Assembly (NCBI GenBank): GCA_001029675.1
Contig: CP011210.1
Location: 384,427 to 448,426, forward strand
Reading direction: 5' to 3'
Source: Candidatus Beckwithbacteria bacterium GW2011_GWC1_49_16
GTDB lineage: Bacteria > Patescibacteriota > Microgenomatia > UBA1400 > CG1-02-47-37
Length of the DNA stretch: 64,000 nt
A program made the translations under genes and the position numbers. The stretch's first letter is position 1. Every line of letters starts with the position of its first letter. A model generated the notes under the pieces. It was not told the origin of the DNA, searched no databases, and saw only the letters and a list, made by a program, of their open reading frames with translations. Shown here piece after piece: positions 59,733-64,000 of the stretch.

Positions 59733-60392
59733 ATGCCCGGGAAGAATGTTATTAAGGAATATAAAGAGAAAGCTTACTACCACATTTATAATCGCGGAGT
59801 AGCCAAACAAGAAATTTTTTTAGACGATCAGGACTACAGGGTATTCTTGTCTTATCTTAAAAGTTATCTTTCTCCAGTTGAAGCTTTAGATGAGAAGAAA
59901 ATCGTGATATCCCCTTCAAGGCGCTTGAAAAATTATTCAGATAGTGTTGATCTTCTTTGTTATTGTCTAATGCCAAATCATTTTCATCTAGTGATTTACC
60001 AAAAAGACGCCTCGTCAATAAACTTTTTTATGAGATCGTTGGCGACGAGATATTCGATGTTTTTTAACAGGAAATATAAAAGGGTGGGGCCGTTGTTTCA
60101 AGGAACTTATAAGGCGGTAGAAGTAGTTTCGGAAGACCAGTTTATATATCTAACGAAGTATGTTCATCGAAATCCCCTGAAAATTTTACCTTCAGGGATA
60201 AACCTTGAAGGTTATAAGTACTCTAGTTATCCGAACTATTTGAGAATTTACAATCAGATATGGGTTCAGCCAGGGGTAATTTTGGATTACTTTTCTAAAT
60301 CTAACCCTGAAAAGTCGTATTCGGAGTTTGTCGAAGAAATAGAAAGTCAAGGTGAAAGATTTATTAAAAGTCTAGTTCTTGAAGAAACGTAA
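59733..60392 (+). CDS. REP-associated tyrosine (Y1/HUH) transposase, RAYT-like
   Basis: YHIYNRG, YCLMPNHFHL, GPLFQG, YVHRNP, YSSY. Confidence 0.92.
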   Translation: MPGKNVIKEYKEKAYYHIYNRGVAKQEIFLDDQDYRVFLSYLKSYLSPVEALDEKKIVISPSRRLKNYSDSVDLLCYCLMPNHFHLVIYQKDASSINFFMRSLATRYSMFFNRKYKRVGPLFQGTYKAVEVVSEDQFIYLTKYVHRNPLKILPSGINLEGYKYSSYPNYLRIYNQIWVQPGVILDYFSKSNPEKSYSEFVEEIESQGERFIKSLVLEET

Positions 60393-60436
60393 CCTTCAAG
60401 GATAAACCCTGAAGGTTCGGGATCAGATCCTGTAGG

Positions 60437-61498
60437 TTAGCCGAGGTTTTTTTTGAAGTAGTCGACCCAAGGGATGGGGGCGGGGTCGAGGCCGTTTAAA
60501 ACGGTCAAGTAGTAGTTGACCAAGGCGCCAAACTGGATGACTTCAAAGACTTGGGCCAGACGGGTTGGGGCGGTGGCGAGATACTCGAAGGCGTTGAGGC
60601 CGTTGCGGTTAACCACGTCTAAGGTCAAGACCGCTCTGGTTTGGATTCTGGTAAGATAAAGACCGGAATTGATTAACCAGAAAACGACGTCTTTTTTGTT
60701 GGTGGCGGGAAACTTTAAGCCTTCCATTAAATGGTGGTTTAACTCGGGAAGGTCGTGGCGGTGGGATAGCTGTTTGGCGTTTTCGTTCATCTGATTTTTG
60801 ACGACGTGGAGAGCGCCGGTCAAGTGGTCGGCGGCGACCATAATTACTTGCTTGTCGTGGAGAGAAAGGGCCAGTTTCTTGGCAGGGTTTTTTACTTGGG
60901 GGATTTGGCGGCCGTTTGCTGCCAGGACTTGGGCCATGGTTTTTGTGGCGTCAGAGAATTCTTCGGAGGTAAAATTAAGCAGGCCGGCTTTTTTAACTAA
61001 AACTAATTGGCCGACCAGAGAGTAGCCGATGGCCATTCGGGGTTCGCCTGAAGGGTTTTGGACCGGGTCGATAAGGTAGAGGGGCAGCCGGTGTTTTAAG
61101 GCGAGTTTTTTCAGCTCGCCCCCAGTGGTTATGACCAGCGTGGGGCATTTTTTGGCGATGGCTTGTTTTAGAGTGGAGACGGTTTCTTCGGTGGTGCCGG
61201 AGTAGGATGAACAAATGACTAGAGTTTGTTTGCCGGCCCAGGAGGGCAAGTGATAGTGGTGAATCCGGGTTAAGGGGACGGATAGGTTTTCGAAAAATGC
61301 CGATTCGATCACCCGGGCGGCCAGTCCCGAGCCGCCCATACCGGACAGAATTAAGTTTTTGACCGGATTTTTTGGCAGCTTGACCCGACCGGCTTGGTCA
61401 AGAGCGTCTTTTGTTTGTTTAGCCAGGCTTTCGATCGAGCCGTAGACGTTTGAGCGGTCGAGCGTTTTTTGTTTGGCGATGTCGTCAAGTCGGGTCAT
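60437..61498 (-). CDS. Bifunctional phosphoglucose/phosphomannose isomerase (SIS)
   Basis: GMGGSG, SYSGTTEET, NENAK, PELNHH; start MTRLDD. Confidence 0.9.
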   Translation of the reverse strand: MTRLDDIAKQKTLDRSNVYGSIESLAKQTKDALDQAGRVKLPKNPVKNLILSGMGGSGLAARVIESAFFENLSVPLTRIHHYHLPSWAGKQTLVICSSYSGTTEETVSTLKQAIAKKCPTLVITTGGELKKLALKHRLPLYLIDPVQNPSGEPRMAIGYSLVGQLVLVKKAGLLNFTSEEFSDATKTMAQVLAANGRQIPQVKNPAKKLALSLHDKQVIMVAADHLTGALHVVKNQMNENAKQLSHRHDLPELNHHLMEGLKFPATNKKDVVFWLINSGLYLTRIQTRAVLTLDVVNRNGLNAFEYLATAPTRLAQVFEVIQFGALVNYYLTVLNGLDPAPIPWVDYFKKNLG

Positions 61499-62847
61499 TT
61501 TTTGATGTCGGCGATAAAAAGCGCCGTTTTTTCCTCGAGTATTTTTTGGTCGTCGGCTTCGAGGTTTAGCCGCAGCAAACTTTCGGTGTTTGAAGGCCTG
61601 ATGTTTGCCCACCAATCAGGATACCAGATCGATACCCCGTCAAGCCAGTCGATTTTTTGGGCGCTGTCTTGGTGTTTTTTTGCCAGGGCTTTTAAAACTC
61701 TGTCTTTGTCGGGGACGGTGAAGTTTATTTCTCCCGACGAGGGGTAACGGTCGTAAGCCTTGACTAATTGGGAGAGCTTGAGGTTTTTTTGGGACATTAA
61801 TTCCAAAACCAGTAAGGCGGCGATGATGGCCGAATCGGCGTAAAAGTTGTCGCGAAAATAGTAGTGGCCGGAGTGCTCGCCGCAGAAAAGGCCGTTTTCC
61901 CGCCTCATGGCTTCTTTGATTAAGGTGTGGCCGACTCTTACCCTGACGGCTTTGCCGCCCAGTTTTTTGACCACTTGAGGGACGACGCGGCCGACGACGG
62001 CGTTGTAAAGAATCTTGTCGTTGGGGTGACTTGTAAGCAGGTTTTCGGCGATGATGGCGGTCATGATGGTGCCGGAAACAATCCGGCCGGTTTCGTCGAT
62101 CAAAAAGACCCGGTCGCCGTCGCCGTCAAAAGCCAGGCCGGCGGCGAATTTGCCTGTCTTAACCTTATCGATAATCACCTTGAGGTTTTCCGGTTTGATC
62201 GGGTTGGGGGTATGGTTGGGGAAGCGGCCGTCGAGTTTATAATAGAGCCTGTCGACCTTAAAGGGGAGAATTTTCTCGAAGGCGGGCATAAAGTAACCGG
62301 CCATGCCGTTGCCGGCGTCGACCACCAGCTTAAACGGCTTTAAGTTTTTGAGTTTGATAAAGCCCAGGACGTGGTTGACCCAGGCGGCAACGAGGTTTCT
62401 TTTTGTCAATTTACCCTTCCGGCCGGGCGCGGGGCGAAGATCCTTTTTAGAAACGGCCAGGTCGCGTAAATCATAGATGCCGGAGTCGCCGCTGACGGCG
62501 ACGGCTCCCCTTTTGACGATTTTGGCGCCATTGTATTCCGGCGGGTTGTGGGAAGCGCTGATGGTGACGCATAAATCTTCCCGGTAGGCTCCGGCCGAGT
62601 AGTAGAGCATGTCGGTGGCGATTAGCCCCAAGTCGACGACGTTTACGCCGGCGTCAAGAAGCGTGTTGATAAAAGCCTTTGAGAGTTGGGGTGAAGTCAG
62701 CCTCATGTCGCGGCCGACGGCAACTGATTTAGGTTTGAAGTGGTAAACCAGGGCCAGGGCTAAGCGTTTTATCCCCTCCTCGTCAAGCTCAATCGGGACA
62801 ACCGCCCTGATGTCGTAGTCTCTGAAGACGTTCGGGTTGAGTGTCAT
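61495..62847 (-). CDS. Phosphomannomutase/phosphoglucomutase
   Basis: YDIR, SASHNP, FDGDGDR, GEHSGH, RPSNTE. Confidence 0.96.
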   Translation of the reverse strand: MTLNPNVFRDYDIRAVVPIELDEEGIKRLALALVYHFKPKSVAVGRDMRLTSPQLSKAFINTLLDAGVNVVDLGLIATDMLYYSAGAYREDLCVTISASHNPPEYNGAKIVKRGAVAVSGDSGIYDLRDLAVSKKDLRPAPGRKGKLTKRNLVAAWVNHVLGFIKLKNLKPFKLVVDAGNGMAGYFMPAFEKILPFKVDRLYYKLDGRFPNHTPNPIKPENLKVIIDKVKTGKFAAGLAFDGDGDRVFLIDETGRIVSGTIMTAIIAENLLTSHPNDKILYNAVVGRVVPQVVKKLGGKAVRVRVGHTLIKEAMRRENGLFCGEHSGHYYFRDNFYADSAIIAALLVLELMSQKNLKLSQLVKAYDRYPSSGEINFTVPDKDRVLKALAKKHQDSAQKIDWLDGVSIWYPDWWANIRPSNTESLLRLNLEADDQKILEEKTALFIADIKK

Positions 62848-63518
62848 AGCAGGTTAACCAGCATCAGCTCAAGCCTTAATTTTAGGGGGAGTAAACTGGA
62901 GCCGGTTTTGGTGCCGATGTCGAGAGCCAGCAGACCGCGGTGGAAGGCAAATAGAGTAGCAAGGTCAAAGGCTTTGGCTTGGGTGACGAGGTTGGCTTTT
63001 TGCCAGGGGGCGCCAGAAACCGACGCGGGGTCGTCTTTGGCGGCGATCAGGTTTGCCAGGCGCCGGGTCAGCAGATAAAAGACCTGTTCGGGGGCAGAAG
63101 CCTTGAGGCTATCATGGAAGAGGTTGAGGCTAAGCCGCAAGTTTTTGGGTTTTAAAGAATCTAAAAACTTGAAGATGACCGGTGGCAGCTTGGACTCGAC
63201 CAGGCGGGCTTTTTGCCCGGAGAGTTTTTTGGCAACAGCCGGGGTTAAGGGTTTTTTCTCCCAGAGAAAAACCGGTGAATCCGGGTGGGACAAGAGAATG
63301 TCGATGAGTTTTGACTTGTTTTGGGATTGGGGCAGGGAGAAAAGATTGTCGATGAAAATAATTTGCTTGGTTTCAAAAAGGAGTGATGATTCCAGGGCTT
63401 GGGTCAAGTCTTCAGGCGAAAGGCGGGCGGCGTTGAGCTTGATCACGGTGCCGGTTAGTTCCTGGTTTAGGTTGAGGCGGCTTTTAACTTGGTCGGTGCC
63501 GTGAAAAACGGTGATCAT
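62844..63518 (-). CDS. DNA polymerase III delta-like protein (short CPR form)
   Basis: SLLF, IFKFLD, D...KTG C-terminal pattern of HolA. Confidence 0.6.
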   Translation of the reverse strand: MITVFHGTDQVKSRLNLNQELTGTVIKLNAARLSPEDLTQALESSLLFETKQIIFIDNLFSLPQSQNKSKLIDILLSHPDSPVFLWEKKPLTPAVAKKLSGQKARLVESKLPPVIFKFLDSLKPKNLRLSLNLFHDSLKASAPEQVFYLLTRRLANLIAAKDDPASVSGAPWQKANLVTQAKAFDLATLFAFHRGLLALDIGTKTGSSLLPLKLRLELMLVNLL

Positions 63519-63886
63519 GATTTAAACAACTTAAACAAGTTTTCGACCGAGCGGTGGTCCAGGCTAAAGCCGCGGCGGCGGTGGGGCAATAACGCGCCGG
63601 AAAAGTTTTTAGGGATGTGCAAAAGTTCGTGGATTAAAACCCGGGTTTGGTCGTCGGCGGATAGGTGGTCGAATTTTTCCGCCAAAACTTCGATGACGTA
63701 GTGGGGCGGTTTGCCTAAAGCCAATTGCCAGATTTTGGGAAAACCCCAAATCCGGGCGCGGGCACGGGAGCGGGAGTGAAAGCTTCTAAAACAAACGATG
63801 CGGTCGGGGTTGACGTGGGGCAGATCCAGTTTATGATGAATCTTTTTTAACCTTTTTTTAATGTCGGGGGCGAGCTGCAAATCCAT
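63515..63886 (-). CDS. Putative metallopeptidase
   Basis: ARARIWG, Y.IEV, HELLHIP zincin motif. Confidence 0.8.
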   Translation of the reverse strand: MDLQLAPDIKKRLKKIHHKLDLPHVNPDRIVCFRSFHSRSRARARIWGFPKIWQLALGKPPHYVIEVLAEKFDHLSADDQTRVLIHELLHIPKNFSGALLPHRRRGFSLDHRSVENLFKLFKS

Positions 63887-63937
63887 AAGTTAAACTTTCC
63901 GCACCTACGGCGGATAACTTGATATACTTTCGGCGTC

Positions 63938-64000
63938 TTAGGTCGTGAGGAAAACTTTGGCTCCCGGTTTGACTTTTTGATCGACCTTGAGTCCGATAGA
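63938..64000 (-). CDS. C-terminal end of a gene entering from beyond the window
   Basis: ...SIGLKVDQKVKPGAKVFLTT-stop. Confidence 0.5.
   Translation of the reverse strand, partial: SIGLKVDQKVKPGAKVFLTT

Overview
Gene-dense chromosome segment that most likely comes from a Patescibacteria (CPR, Microgenomates-like) genome. This is inferred from a DUF5660-like protein, a trigger factor without a PPIase domain, few Shine-Dalgarno sites and a fermentative gene cluster. It carries 15 tRNA genes and housekeeping blocks (macAB-like ABC system, murT/gatD, thyA/folA, tgt, uvrABC, secG, lexA, and a pgm-pgi-ppsA-eno-gpmI-acs-OFOR cluster). The main finding is two small, related, tRNA-integrated elements (9493-11817 and 13338-16814), each encoding a large serine recombinase (LSR). 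Each carries, upstream of the LSR, an inverted copy of its own reconstituted attP junction. That copy sits in a roughly 280-nt non-coding module with the same layout in both elements, plus extra short inverted matches into the LSR 3' coding sequence. attP lies inside the LSR gene, so integration replaces a conserved C-terminal tail (YxxxRTxF) with one read from the tRNA antisense strand. Other observations: a leader peptide ending in Cys-Cys-Cys with an attenuator, a GIY-YIG cassette between tRNAs with an 'empty' sibling, an HNH gene behind a tRNA 5' fragment, a RAYT with REP palindromes (one copy 27 kb away), and short palindromic or heptamer inserts inside housekeeping genes. All calls come from reading the sequence by eye; no searches were run.
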